A DNA stretch of 63,618 bases, filler included, from Porpidia crustulata (taxonomy: Eukaryota): assembly GCA_964255105.1 (NCBI GenBank). It is 14 parts of 14 records of this genome, joined end to end, with 100 filler letters (N's around TTAATTAATTAA, not from the genome) between each part and the next. Parts side by side here need not be neighbours in the genome. Positions count along the whole stretch, not along the records: positions 22,850 to 27,312 come from CAXUWE010002075.1; positions 27,413 to 31,869 come from CAXUWE010002076.1; positions 31,970 to 36,425 come from CAXUWE010002077.1; positions 36,526 to 40,975 come from CAXUWE010002078.1; 10 more parts are not named here. One strand, given 5' to 3'. The notes below the pieces were generated by a model that saw only the letters and a list, made by a program, of their open reading frames with translations, ran no database searches and was not told the DNA's origin. Shown here piece after piece: positions 24,911-38,373 of the stretch. The translations under genes and the position numbers were made by a program. How positions within the stretch are numbered: position 1 is the first letter of the stretch; each line of letters opens with the position of its first letter.

Positions 24911-26771
24911 TTAGCTTTGATTCGAGGAGATGTCCCTTCTCCGAAATTCCACCAACGGTCCATCTTTCATAGACGTGAACGTATCCTTCAGTTGAAACTC
25001 ATTGGGTCGATGTCTTCCCCACTCGAAGTGAGGTCTCCCTTCTCCGAGAGTCGTCCCAGGTGCCAGACGCATGTCATATATGAATAAAGTTCTGGCTAGC
25101 ACGGTCATCAGTTCCATATATGCCATGGCCTTACCAATACAGCCTCGCGGCCCGATACTGAAGGCGCAGAATGCCGAATGCGCCAGCGCGACGTCAGTCA
25201 GTAACGCCTGTGCTTGGATCAACTATCCATCGTTCCGGACGGTAGCTGAAGGGATCCGGGTAATATTCGGCGTTGTGATGGAGGGTATAATGGGGGGTTC
25301 CAATTACAGTACCCTGAGGAAGGTGATGACCTTCAACATCATATCTACCCGTAAGAACTTCTCGAGGAAGTATACCACCAACGGAAGGGGAAAGCCGCAT
25401 TGCCTCGTCGATGCATGCGCGTAGGTAGATGCATGAGTTCAAAATTGGGCCAGAACAAATATCATCGATGACGGAAAACATATGATGAACCTCCTCAGTA
25501 ACCCTTTCGTAGACTCGTACATGGTGAGCGAGGTAGAAGAATGTAGCAGCCAACGCAGTTGAGGTTGTATCGGATCCGGCAATGCTACTCATCACATTAG
25601 ATTCGATCCTAGCTATCATTCGAAAGCGATCGGAGTACTAGTGAGAGAGTCATACATCAAGAGATTACTTTCTCCCCATAGCTCGAGTGTCGAAAACCCA
25701 TTACCAGTCTCGGGGTCGTTAGCATTGAGCATGTAGTAGAAGAAATCCTTGCGGTCTCCATTCAAGCCAATCTTCGTTCGTTCCATAGCTTGAATTCTAC
25801 TGTATACCATATATCGTTCTCGTCCTGCGGCTATCTTTCGAAACAAGACCTTATCAAGGTGGAAATCGTGAAGCAGGGGCATGGTTCCACACTGGGTGTC
25901 CTCAGCAAGAGTCTAGATGGACTGAGTAGGAGCAAGTTTACACACGATGAGATGACGATGGGCGGCATTCCCAATCAAATCAATTGCAAATCGATGATCG
26001 CCTCTCTCAAACATGCCGAAGGCTTTACCAAAAAAAAGATCTCCCATAACATTAAATGTGAAATAATTACACATTTCAGACATATTGCGAGATCCACCCC
26101 ATCCTTTTGAGGACTCTTCAGTTGCTTGAGTTGGTACCAAATGGGCGCAGAAAGTTCGTATATTGGCCAAAATGTATTTCTCCATGGACTTCAGTGCATT
26201 ATCAGAGAATGCCTGTGATAGCACGCGCCTTTTTCGTGCATGGACCGTTTTGTCAATCGAGTTCTGGGTGTTGAAAGTCTCTTTGTTAGGAGGAAACACC
26301 GAATAAAATTGACTTTTACGAACGTTGGCCTTGAAGCCATAGATTTCCTTGAGAGCAGTATTGCTGTTGATGGATAGGCTGTTGGGCCCGAACCGTACAA
26401 ATTTGCCTGATGTTCAATGTCAACCAGGAGTTGGATTGAGTTCCCACGATGCCTATATGCAAATCAGCTGACCGTATTTTTCATGGCATCTCCAAAATTC
26501 CAGATGTCTGTCGCCTTTCCATGCGTGGTCAACAGAATACCAGTCTGTAATCTTGGCAAGAAAAGGTCCGGGATATTTTGCGAGTGGATGCACAGTCAAT
26601 CTAAAGATGATGGTGGTCACAACCTAATCGCTACAGGGTCAGTCAAGTCTACTGTATTGTATTTTGACCGAACAAGTCATATACAACAAATATTCCAGTC
26701 AATAAAGCAAACAAAAGAATCTGCAATATGAGGCTCATAGGGCTCCCACACGTAAGAGTAGACCGAAGCAT
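24911..26771 (-). pseudogene. Cytochrome P450 with an apparent frameshift upstream of the heme-binding Cys
   Basis: HPLAKYPGP, AGSDTT, EAMR, YRPERW and FSIGPRGCIG motifs. The frame changes at about 25195 with no intron to explain it. Confidence 0.85.
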
Positions 26772-28453
26772 ATCAGGATATGCTGAGGCGTGTGCGGTAT
26801 AAGGGCAAACAATGCTGGCCATCTACGCCGATAATCACTCGGTCGTAAAGAGCGTTAGAAAGTTTCATCGGTATACTTATGAGAAAGAGACTTGAGAATC
26901 AGGAAGCCCGAGAAAGCTCGTTGTATCTTCTTACAAGAAACGGAACGCTTGAGGAAAATGTAACGATCAGCGACTTGTTTGAAATCATTAAGTTTCCATT
27001 AACAATTAGCTTTGGTGAGCTTTGAACTTTCAGTAGATATCTTAGCTGCGGGGCTATTCGATATACGAGAAACATCGACGATTCAGCTGGTGGGTGCGGC
27101 TAGAGGCGGCTTTCCAACCAGCTCACCAGTCAGACCCAGGGGAAGCCTTCTGCAGATGGGGAATTTGTAATCCATACAGACGTATTGGTAAGCGTTGGGC
27201 ATAGGCAGTCATTCAGAAAGCTGGTTTCCAATGGAAGCAATCGAGTGGTTGGCGACAGACGTTTCTTTTCAGCGTTCGGTCACATGATAGGTTTGTTTTC
27301 TCGACCTGGTGCNNNNNNNNNNNNNNNNNNNNNNNNNNNNNNNNNNNNNNNNNNNNTTAATTAATTAANNNNNNNNNNNNNNNNNNNNNNNNNNNNNNNN
27401 NNNNNNNNNNNNTCCTCCCTCTCATCCCATATCTCCATCCCTCCCTCCAATCTCATTCCTAACATCATCATCATCATCGCCTGTACCCCCCCCGATTGAC
27501 ATCTTCTACCGCTTCCTTTCGGCTTTTTCGCCTTTGTTCCCGAACTCCTCAGTTATCACCAACGCAACGGTACAATTCTCCATCTCGATGCCATCTCGAT
27601 GGAGAAACTGCAGCTATGGTTGCGTTTTCGGGGACGTGGTTGATGTTGTCGGCTTTTGAAGGTGGGATTGGACATTGGTATTAGTCTACGTTTCACGAGG
27701 ATGGAGAGAGGAATATGAGCGGGTTGGTGGGGATGGGCTGGGCTGGGCGTCTATCACTGCATGGCGAGTCCTTCTGTAACTGGCGCGAGACGGACTGCTG
27801 CGCGGGCTGTGACGCAATAATGATGGTCAGAAGAGGGAGGTTCTTTTGGGGGTCTATCTTGTGTTTATATAGTGATTGATTGTTTTTAAAAATAAGAAAA
27901 CTAAATATGAGGCTACAGAAAATAATTACACGTCTAGTAAACATAGACTGATAAGCATGACACGAGATGGAAATGTGTTCATCGTAGGTAAGGTCCAAGT
28001 AAATCAAAAGTGGATGTGCTTTTCGGGATAATTCCCAGTCGTCCGATCAGAGTGAATTATCGCATGCTTTAGAAGAAGTATAGCGTGGCATAGACGTTAC
28101 CGTAGAGCTAGGTATTAGACCAGCCGGGAGGACAGCTGTAGTAAAAGAAACGGAGTCGAAATGCGTAGCTTGGGAAGATTCTCAAGGGTGTAGGGACAAG
28201 GACTTACTTATGATTTCGAGTGTCTCCCATTGCAGCTATGTCTTATATCCAGCCGATAACAGCACGTCTTCGGGGACACTGGACAGGGACTTACTGCTTA
28301 TAATCGTCCACGAAGAGTGGATATCTGGCACACGAGCAACATAGACACTCGAAGAAAGGTCTGCAGCAGAACTCTAGGGGATACATAACTAGTACCACCA
28401 CATCCATCGATAATGATCTTCCTCCTACCCGCGCACCATGCCGTGTATCAAGT

Positions 28454-29422
28454 TTACTGATTCATCTGATCGAACATGCCGTACTGGTGTTCGACATACT
28501 GTTGCCCTAATTGCCAACCCGGATACGGGGCACCACCCTGTTGTTCTAGAGCAAAACCTCCATGGCAATAGTCATTATCGTGTAGGCTGAGGTCGGAAGA
28601 CATAGGACGCAGAAGGACTCCCGACGGCACTTGGTCCTTCGAATGTGGTAATAAAGTTCCAGTAATCTGCTTGGAAGCGTTAGGTACAACATCGCAGCAT
28701 TACAGTCCTAGCCAACCTCTCTTGAGAATGGACTGTCAGAGCTCACGGCCTGATCCACGTTCACGCTGCTGTCTGGATCTTCCTCCTTTTCCATATGCTT
28801 CTGGTACCTAAGTAACGCAAGTTCCTCCTCTTGCTCAAGCGTCATCACCTGGTATTCTCCAAGTCTGTCAGCAAGCTCTTGGCCTCCATTGGCTGCGTAA
28901 TTAGGAGGGGCAAGCCGCCACAAGTCAAGAAGCCGAGCTTGCTGTTCTTGAGTCGATTGCTCAAACAGGGTGATTTGCGATCGTAGAAGCGAAGTAGGTG
29001 CAATGCCGCTCTGTGTGAGATCGTAAATCGAGGAGGGTCTCTCTGGAGGCACCGAGTATGAAGCGGTATCCGACAGCGAAACCTCACTGGCTGCCTTTAC
29101 CAGGTGAGCTGAATGATGATAATGCTGGGATATAGTATACACCGTCTCGGCATCCTGACCGTCATTCTGGATGTTGGAGACTGGAGGGTTATTTTGGCCA
29201 GCATAGTTCGAAAAGTTCATCTTCTCGGCGAATAAGTCGGCAAAATTCTCTGGCAGTGTTTGCTCCAGACTGGAACCGCACTACATATAAGTTTCGTCAG
29301 TATTGGCGCAGCCGAGAATGAACAACGCAGCATACATCTAAGCAATGGTGCTTATGGTTGAAGTCGATCGGCCGAAGAGACAATCCACATTGTTGGCAAA
29401 AGCTAGAGGTTGGATATTCCAT
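28454..29422 (-). CDS. Fungal hypothetical protein; 2 introns
   Basis: Spliced ORF MEYPTSSFCQQCG...ISQHYHHSAH...QITLFEQS...RLLDLWRLAPP...EHQYGMF with GT..AG junctions. Confidence 0.65.
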
Positions 29423-31969
29423 TCTTGCCGACCCTATTCCCAGATTTTTCTGTTTAGTATCGAAAAATATGTGCAGAGGAGGGAATCGGACAAAGGGGTG
29501 GTAGTAGTGTTTCTGATTTGCTAAAGTATCTTCTACTATTTAATCTGCCTATTCTGAAGTCTACTGGCTATGGTATGTGTAACAAAGAAGATTTCGTTCC
29601 GGTTCTCAGGAGACGAGTAGAGTCGGGTCTTTGTAGGCAAGAGGTAAAAGGGGGCCAGTGACTCGACAATTTCGGGTTGTTAGATGGAGGGACGGTAATG
29701 TTGTACTGCAAAGAAGTTGTCTACTTTTTCCAAAGTCAGTAGCTCTGGAGATGGACCAAATGTAGGCAAGAACTTGGAAAGAGGCAGAAGGTGGAAGAGT
29801 GGATCACGATGACTTGGATCGCTAAGGGCGAATGATGTCCAGAGCCGCGCGGCTGTTTTGCTTGCGTATGAACTGTACGAGACGTATTTTTAATCGCAAA
29901 ATGGAAGAATTCTAGTTCCAAGTGCATGAGATTCTAAGTGCCAGCTGAGTCAAATCTGTGTCCTCGGATCACTCATCCCCAGCTCTGTTCCCCAGGTTCC
30001 TGTAAGCCATGACATGACTCTCTCAATTCGTCCGAAACCGGCACTTTCGCCTATGATATTGTCATATTTTATTAGCTTCGAATGTAAACACATCATTTTA
30101 TTAAAGCATAGCAACGCTAGCGATCCAAATGTTACGTGGACCGCAGTTCCTTTGAGTCCGCTGGTTCATAAGAAGCTAGCAGGTTCTGAGATGGCGAAGC
30201 GGGAGTACGAAGGAGATTGATAATTTGGGCTCAGAACCTTGTGCAGTCTTACAATTGACTTATGAATGTCTCAAGAGCTGTTTATATGTAGCCGCGTTAT
30301 GGGCAAGATAGATGAAGGATTGTTCCAAAGATATTTGTATTTTCTCACTAGATTGCTACCGAATCCCCGCTACAAATGAAAGACGATTTTTATAATTTGT
30401 ATAGCCATGCCTTTAGCACATGATCTTTCTCATGATATGGCTCGATCCCAGTGTGCATCAGAGTCAACGTCATACATGAACATGTAATAAATCCAGCTAT
30501 GGCGCAAACGATGGGCTTCCCAAATATTTTGAGGCGAATCACTAGATCAGCCTGCTCGAAATTTCCTGCTACCTCATTGTGCAATACTTGCCTTGAATAT
30601 CTAGACTGTAGCTAGCGAAGTAACCTGCGCTAGAGACTAGTCTAGAAAGACATGCACGTTCCCCCTCATAATCAGCCAAACACTGTTTTCACGGATCTCA
30701 AACGTCGCGTACCAACATCTGTTGTATAGCACGGACTACTGGAGCCCCTTCGCGACTACCTCGATTTTGAGGTAGGTAAGCTTATCCTCGCCATGATCGG
30801 TGTTCACCATGTTCAACGCGAGACCGATAGCCGAAAAATTTCATCTTTCCTTGTTGAAACGTCAGTTCACGACGCGGCTCCATAGATGATTGCACTGGAG
30901 AGGGTGAAGTTAGTTGGTAGTCCTAAGGAAGCTGGAATTCAAGGGACTCCTGCAGGAAGCGAATTTGCTGCTATGTTGCAGTACTTGCAAACATACCCGA
31001 TTGAAGTAGGAGGAGGTCGCTCAAGTTTGGGAAAAGTGGTCCCATCACCAGCCGGTATCGTTGTACCGAAGGCAAAAATCTGCAGGAGACGAGTAACACC
31101 GGATAGCTCTTAGGAAGGATTCTCACAGCAAGTGTTGATCGCGGACAAGTCCTCAAATAGAAGGGTAAGTGATACTAAAATGAACGGAGCTAAGCGTATT
31201 GACTGCGGAAGCTCTGGTCGTCAGTGAATCTCAACATCCTCAAATAGTATGTCCGGAAGAAACAATTGCGCAGAGCCACTTTGTCAATCGCCGGACAAAA
31301 AACCTAGTGTTCACTAGCTTTGGTCTCTAATATTATCATAACGGATGTATGGTTCCTCCAACCACAGATTTTTTGGACTCACTAAAACGAAGATAAGCTT
31401 GGTTTGCAACATTTGGGTTCATTTTCGGATAAAGTCGTGGGAACGAAGCTCAACTGGTCGTTGGAAATCCAAGATCCTTCCCAGTATAGCATCGAAAGTT
31501 GAATGGCTAGCTGATTGCTAGGACTTTTCTTTTTAGGTCTGTATATCTCGATCGTGCGGTCTAAAGGTCGGCTTGAGATACATGATAAATACAAGCTGTT
31601 GACAAGGCAAGCGTGCGGAGAGACAAAGATGAAGGATGGGTAGATCGGGTTCATCATCAGGAATAACCCCTGATCAGGGACAAATGGAAATCGTAGTAGA
31701 TTCTACTGATATTTTTCACATGGTGAAAAGGCAAGCCAGGTCCTGGGAAAGGTTCTGAGGTCGGCGTAACACATACTGGTCCTTACAAAGCTCACCTTCA
31801 ACAAACACCCCAAAGGAGCCACCACGACCCACCCTTCAACCCCCACCACTCCCCACGCAGACCCACGTCNNNNNNNNNNNNNNNNNNNNNNNNNNNNNNN
31901 NNNNNNNNNNNNNTTAATTAATTAANNNNNNNNNNNNNNNNNNNNNNNNNNNNNNNNNNNNNNNNNNNN

Positions 31970-32205
31970 AGGGAGAAGGGCTTACTCTCGCCGCCGGATG
32001 GGGTGCAGGCGGTGGATATCTGCTGGGGCGGGGAAGGCAGGGGCTTTTGAGATGTATTTTTGTAGCTGGGGGGGTCATGTGCGGCTGCGCTGCAAACGGC
32101 GTCGTTGCTGGGGAAGGAGTATTGTGGGTCGGGTATTGGACTGGCCGAGGCAAGACGTTGGCAGCATGCCAAGAGGGCAACGAGGGTGCTCTTCGAGGGG
32201 TACAT
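31970..32205 (-). CDS. Secreted protein N-terminus; truncated
   Basis: Signal peptide MYPSKSTLVALLACCQRLASA/SPIP, with a TATA-like element about 120 bp upstream. Confidence 0.6.
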
Positions 32206-33714
32206 ATCGAATGTCGGGAGGAGATGTCTACTGGTTTGATTGGTGAAGGTTTTATTGGCTTGAGGAGTTGGCGATGAGAGATTCTAGGGAAATGTTGTAG
32301 TTCTCAGTGGGAGCAGGAACCTCGTTTATATAGACATATTTATCTAAAGCAATGTCCACAATGACAGCATAGAACTTAGTCGAGAACCTTGATCCAAAAA
32401 CGAGGCAGTGTCAGGAGGAAGAGCCGAATTGTTGTGTGTTGATGCTATAAAAATCGATCCATGGTCATAGATTTTATTTGAACATTTAATGCTACCTTCA
32501 GAACACAGCCATGGATGTAGAGCGGTATCAGGATACATGCGAGCAGTAGCGGGTTTTGGATCGATGAATAACAGGCAGAGGTCGTCATTGGTATATCCAG
32601 GCTGATCTGTTGAAACTGGGGATACGGTCCACGTGCTACGCGAAGGAATTAGCAGGTTACTTCAAATATAATTTTTAAGATAGGCACAGACAAGAACGTA
32701 GATATGTCCAAATTCTACTCACCTCATGGGACCATGTCCCTCTCCTAGCCTCCGGGAGTTTTCTATAATGCGTAACGCTCGAGGTTTAGATCTCCAACCT
32801 TACTGCCTTCCTCAATGCAACGTGTATCACTTTGTATCTGGACATTTGCGTCTGGTGGTGGGTTTAAGCTGACACGCAAAAGTGCTGGTTGTGTCCACTG
32901 AATAGAGCGCAAGCACGACGACAAGTTGATTACATGGAGGATAGTGCAAGACCAAAGGGAGCGGCATGCGAAAGGTGGAGGGGTCAACGTGCTGCCGTCA
33001 GAACAACGATGTCGCTCCCTTCTGGCATTGAAGCAGCTTATGATGCTTTCATGCGCTCCTCTTTGCGATAGTTACGGAGTCCCAACTGCGGAGTTGGATC
33101 TCAGAAACGATTCCCTCAAGCAACGTCACATTCGAGAAATCGCCATCTCCATTTCTACATGACGTTGATTCGTGCCAGGCTCTCATGTAAAGCCGCCCCC
33201 AACGTTAGCTGGCGAGGCTCAATTTGATGTCCAATTTTGGCGGCACAAGGGTCTTACCTCCACTCATGAATGAGAGCGATAATAGCATAACAACGTCATA
33301 AGTATTGTTGCTGCCGAATCCAACGCGCAATCGCGCAAAGGGTCGTGGTAGAGGCTTGCACGAAAGATGCGCGAAGGATGCCGGCCCCGTTCCACGAAGG
33401 TTATTTGAAAGGTTGAAACTTTTGAAGATCTTACACAGCTCGAAGGATTGAGGCACAGATTATGGCTGGGGTAACAGCGTATGCTTGACCACCAAGCTCA
33501 CAGAGCTTTTGTGCCAGCCCAGAGGGATTGCCACGCTCAGCATGCCTTTATACATTGCACACATTGCAATCGAGAGACATACGAGATTGTCGAACGAAAA
33601 GTTTTTGTCAATATATCAGGTTGTTGCTTTTGGACGGGATGCCATTCTAAACTTGATGATAAAGTAGAAAGCCGCAATCCGGATTTCAAAGGCCCGGGTA
33701 TTTTGGGGCCAGCA

Positions 33715-36027
33715 TCATATCAATTTTATCAGCTTCCTCTTTGGCGCCGCCGCTTTCCATACGCTCTCATGCATCCGACCGATAGTTATCCTCTCCGCGA
33801 ACCCTTCACGCCACTGGACTAACATTAAATTCAGCGTGCAGCCTTTAGGATGCCCCAAGTTTCCCGTTTGTTGGGAGCCCGCATTGCTCCATGGATCTTC
33901 CACTGCTGACTGGGACAGGAGAACAAGTTCTCTTGTATCGTCTCGTCCACGCAGAAAAGGTAAATTCCAAAGGAAACACATTTTGCAGTGGTTCTGGCTA
34001 CATATTCGTATCCGAGGTCCTACGTCAACGGTCTGAAGTTGTGCGTTGGCAGTGGTTGACACCTTACAAGTAGGGTTGGAGAATTCATCACTAGGCCGTT
34101 CTAATATAGGTTTTAATATGGAGAGCGGGACCGTGAAGGCCCAAAACTGCAGCCATTCCAAGGGTTGCGTCAAAAGTTGCTGGTTTGGTCCTCGGAGTAT
34201 ATCGTGGGATGGCGCCACGATGGAATCTCTAAAATTTCGCGGCGCTGTGGGCTTGGAATGTATCGGTGGATTATATTCGTAAGCTATGTTACGAGGTTCG
34301 CTAGAATCTATCTGTCTCTTTCTCTTAATAACCTTCAACAAGTGATTCCGTCGGATCTCAAATTGATCAATCTTCGATACCAAGCCAAAATCCCAGGGTC
34401 TGTAAGTCACGGGCCCAATCCAAGCGGCCCAAGAGTATGTTGGTAAGCAAAGGGGCTGCCCTTTATCACCTTTGTCACCAATAACTCTGCGGCCGATCGT
34501 GCCTCTTGGCCTCCACAGAAGAGCATGATCCCATATCTCTTCAGGTAAACCGTGCGAGAATGACCAACTATTCGACTTCTTAAGTATTGCTTGCGCACCC
34601 TCAAAAGCAAGTAGGATGTCCTGTGGATAGCTGAGATGCTTGCTGGAATACGATTCTATCAATTGCGAGTATGACATCAGCGTGTTCGGCCATGCCTTCG
34701 GACTGGACTTCGAGACTCCATGATCTATGCGTCCGGAAAGCGACGTAGCCTTCGAAAACAACACCAAACCTCCAGAATCGTGAGCATATCTATCAATTGA
34801 TTGACTCTGGTTCTGATCTGACGGTAGACGCTCGCACACAACGTCTTCTCGCATTGAGTCGCACCTGCAGTCAAAATGCACTTGGCCCTTGGTGAATATC
34901 AGGGCTCGCCGAGACAGCAGTCTCTCTTGGAAGGCCCAGGCCCTCGTGTTCCAGGTGGAGACATCTAATTGGCGAGATAAGTTTGGCAACGGCACGACAA
35001 ATCTGAGGCCGTTTACGACTTCAGTTCGTTGAGCTACTGTTCTGGAGCCGGGACGCAGTCCAGGTAATGGGGAGTCGGAATCACTCCCACCGGCAGCTAT
35101 GATGGTCAGCGTCGCCTGAGCGTATATCAGGCCCATTTGGCCTATCTGAGTAATCTTCTCCTTTTCGTCATCCTGAAGAATGCAGAGCTGATCGCACCAC
35201 AGATACCTCTCCTCTAGTCGTTTCACAAGCTCCATAGCATCTAAAAGCGTTTGACCTAGAATGTCAGTTCGTTTTGACAAGGAAGATTCCTTTTCCATAG
35301 ATATTACGTTTTGCATAGTTAGCTGTGAAATCTTGCCACTGCCCCAGACATAGCTCAGAGCCACATATCTAGCGTGATTAGGCGCCTGTATGATGCACAT
35401 CCTCTTCACGTCGATGAGCCTCATTTTCTGAGGAAATTCCCTTGATTTCTCCCACGGTGTATATTCGCATTCTGCGGTATGGTTTTCCCTACAATTCTTG
35501 ATCCAGTTGTGAATGAGGTTGAGGTCAACGCATTGTTTCAACAGACGACCTTGATACAGAGGATTCACTCCAATAGATATTGCATCGTCGGCTACGAGCT
35601 TTATCTCTCCCAGATATGGCCCACCAGATCCCACAGATAATGTGTCAGTTTTGACATGAAGCGTGATCGACTTGTACTCCTTTCCTTTCGGTGAACCCTT
35701 TATCCCGGCCGCTTGAATACCCAGGAAACATCGCGATCTACCCTCATTCAAGGTTTTGGTATTCCAAATATCCCCAGATGCCAAATCTTGAGCCTGGGAA
35801 GTTGCATGTAACGACTGGACGATTAATCCACAGAAAGCGCAATCTCGGTGCTTTGCAATGATATCGAGGTATCCTAAATAGCGCCAACAATTGGGATCCT
35901 CCTCTTCAAGATTATCAGACGCCTCAGTCCATGGCTGTAGATCGAGCTGCATGAGGATTTTATGGAAATCTAGGCGTTGACAAGAATCACATAGGGCCTC
36001 TCTTGCTTTGGAGGATTCCACGTTCAT
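33715..36027 (-). CDS. HET-domain (heterokaryon incompatibility) protein
   Basis: RLIDV, YVALSYVWG, YLWCDQLCILQDD, MGLIYAQATLTIIAA, WNTRAWAFQERLLSRR and PTYSWAAW motifs; single exon. Confidence 0.95.
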   Translation of the reverse strand: MNVESSKAREALCDSCQRLDFHKILMQLDLQPWTEASDNLEEEDPNCWRYLGYLDIIAKHRDCAFCGLIVQSLHATSQAQDLASGDIWNTKTLNEGRSRCFLGIQAAGIKGSPKGKEYKSITLHVKTDTLSVGSGGPYLGEIKLVADDAISIGVNPLYQGRLLKQCVDLNLIHNWIKNCRENHTAECEYTPWEKSREFPQKMRLIDVKRMCIIQAPNHARYVALSYVWGSGKISQLTMQNVISMEKESSLSKRTDILGQTLLDAMELVKRLEERYLWCDQLCILQDDEKEKITQIGQMGLIYAQATLTIIAAGGSDSDSPLPGLRPGSRTVAQRTEVVNGLRFVVPLPNLSRQLDVSTWNTRAWAFQERLLSRRALIFTKGQVHFDCRCDSMREDVVCERLPSDQNQSQSIDRYAHDSGGLVLFSKATSLSGRIDHGVSKSSPKAWPNTLMSYSQLIESYSSKHLSYPQDILLAFEGAQAILKKSNSWSFSHGLPEEIWDHALLWRPRGTIGRRVIGDKGDKGQPLCLPTYSWAAWIGPVTYRPWDFGLVSKIDQFEIRRNHLLKVIKRKRQIDSSEPRNIAYEYNPPIHSKPTAPRNFRDSIVAPSHDILRGPNQQLLTQPLEWLQFWAFTVPLSILKPILERPSDEFSNPTCKVSTTANAQLQTVDVGPRIRICSQNHCKMCFLWNLPFLRGRDDTRELVLLSQSAVEDPWSNAGSQQTGNLGHPKGCTLNLMLVQWREGFAERITIGRMHESVWKAAAPKRKLIKLI

Positions 36028-36525
36028 GACCTCTCCTCTCAATAACCTATGTCTGCGGCTATGTCATACGGTAGAGAACAAAGGACGCCATCCATCGCCA
36101 ATAAATGCATCAGAGACAACTTATGTCTTACAGTTGCTCACAGCCTCGGATTTTCTCGGGATTCATACAGTTACTTGGAGGATTTTGAATACGAGCGTTT
36201 CTCGTATTGTTTGATGATACCCCTGACGATTCACGACTAGCTGCATCCAGGGAGCAGCCCATGTCTCAACACTTAAGAGGCGCTTCTTACTGCGAGATGA
36301 TGACAGCTGTTCTCGAGGTACTCGTACTCACCCCTAGTTCGATTACACCCCTAGTTCGAAAACCCTAAGTCTTAGGGTTAGGGTTCCGGAGATTTCAATA
36401 GGCGCTAATGGGAGATTTCATGATANNNNNNNNNNNNNNNNNNNNNNNNNNNNNNNNNNNNNNNNNNNNTTAATTAATTAANNNNNNNNNNNNNNNNNNN
36501 NNNNNNNNNNNNNNNNNNNNNNNNN

Positions 36526-37773
36526 GGGTTACGTACTTCCGGTCCATACCATGTCCGTTACTGCTCCGCTATCCTCCCATCCTCTAAATGTCCGCTGCAT
36601 GAACCCATCAAAGTAATTCTTCACTGGCTCAATCAAGGTACTATCGTCTGTGATATTGTACCACTCCGAGCGGTACGGGCTCTGAAAATGCGGGATTGCC
36701 TTTGCGCCGCCAACGATGATGCTTCCATCGGGCCGCTGTATGAGATAGTCATATTGGTTGCTGCTCTTGTCGATAGAATAGGTATTTGTAAGCAAGGGGG
36801 TTGGTCTCCCAGATGGAACGACTATGCGGCTACATATCGCCTTTGTAGGGATGATTTTCCCAGCATAGAGGGGGGATATGCCTGCAGTATAGGCGTTGGA
36901 GGCGAGGACAACCTTTCGAGCCTTGATGGCGCCACGCGCTGTGGTGACGGTCCATAAACCCTGGTCGTCGGTGCTTGTGGAGATGTGGGTGACCGGCGTG
37001 GTGGTCTGAAGATTGGCTCCTTTGGCAACGGCGAAAGCGAGCAAGTGCATGATGAACTTGTAGGGCCAGATGTGGGCAGCAGTAGAGCTGAAGCAACCGC
37101 GAGCGCCTTTTACGCCACACACCTAGGAGTATCAGTTTGCAATCGGCCTTCGATACCCAGGTTTCTGGGACCGTGGGATCAAACACAAACCATTTCCGCC
37201 TGGTTGGCAGGCGTATAGTGTGCATCTTTGATAGTGGTAATGCCAGATTTGATCATCTTATCATATTCTTCTTTCGACGCTTTTGCGTGCTCTTCATCGA
37301 GGAAAACATCAAAAGACCTAGTTATCATCAAGTCGCAGTCAATGTGATCCTCGTCAACTAGATCTCTGATAGCTTGAATATGAGTGACTTCATGCTTGGA
37401 TATCTCTGCTGCAGCTTCGTATCCGTATTTCTTAATGTATCCCGGCATTCTGAAGTAAACCTCGGGTTTCAAATGACCGCCTTTGAAGTCAGTCCAATCA
37501 GCTTTCGAGTCTTGAGGTCAAAAGACAAAACTGAATACCATTTCGGCCTGTCGCTCCTGAACATGCCTGACGGGCTTCAAGGATCAGGACTGAGGGCGGT
37601 GAAGCATTATCCTTCAAAAGGTGAAAGGCAGTGGCAGCGCCCGCATATCCTGCACCTATGATCAAGACATCGCATTCCGTCGGGAGGCCCTCGGTGCTTC
37701 GATGGGAGTCCAGGGCATGCGGTTGAGTACGCCAGAACGGTAAAGTTGACTGCGGCTCAGGAAACCGACCCAT
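36526..37773 (-). CDS. FAD-dependent oxidoreductase (DAO family); introns, 3' truncated
   Basis: IIGAGYAG Rossmann motif, EARQACSGATGRNGGHLKP, WPYKF and YDYLIQRPDGSIIVGGA. Confidence 0.92.
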
Positions 37774-38373
37774 TTCCTCGAGTGAGCAACCAAGGATCTT
37801 TAGTCAATTGGAGTTTGGGTTTATAATGTACCGGATACGAAAATTGAAGAGAGATCATTGTATAGTTGAGTAAAGGCTATGACTCATGAAGGGCGCAACA
37901 ATTTAAGAGGGGTTTTGCAATGCACAAGCTTATTGGTGCCTTGAACATGCTTATCACAGGCTTGGGGATGCATTGTGCATGCTGAAAATCGTTACCTCGG
38001 TCAAGTACGCAGACCCTTCCAAACATCCTACTCTTCGACAGTATTGGAATTATCATCATGCTGAAGTACCCTACCGTTCTACCCTTGAGATTATCAAATG
38101 AATTGGATGGCATCGGTCCGAATATGAAGAGAGACGCGAAGGTGCATCTTACTTTAATGTCGGTGCCTACTACCTTACGCTACCACGAATTTGGGACTTC
38201 ACGATGAGTTTAGCGACGTGGATCAACTTCGATTATTGGACTTCCGTAGGTAAATTAGTGCTAGCAAATTCAAGTAACCACGCGGATACAGGGTGATGTC
38301 AACACCGAAAATAAAAGCACGAGCCCGCACCCAAACTACAACCTGGTATCAAAGCCAACAACCTTTCCAAGCC

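Noticed and set aside
33008..33667. Short plus-strand ORFs downstream of the HET gene
   Set aside because: No coherent spliced model or recognisable motif; may be a gene relic.
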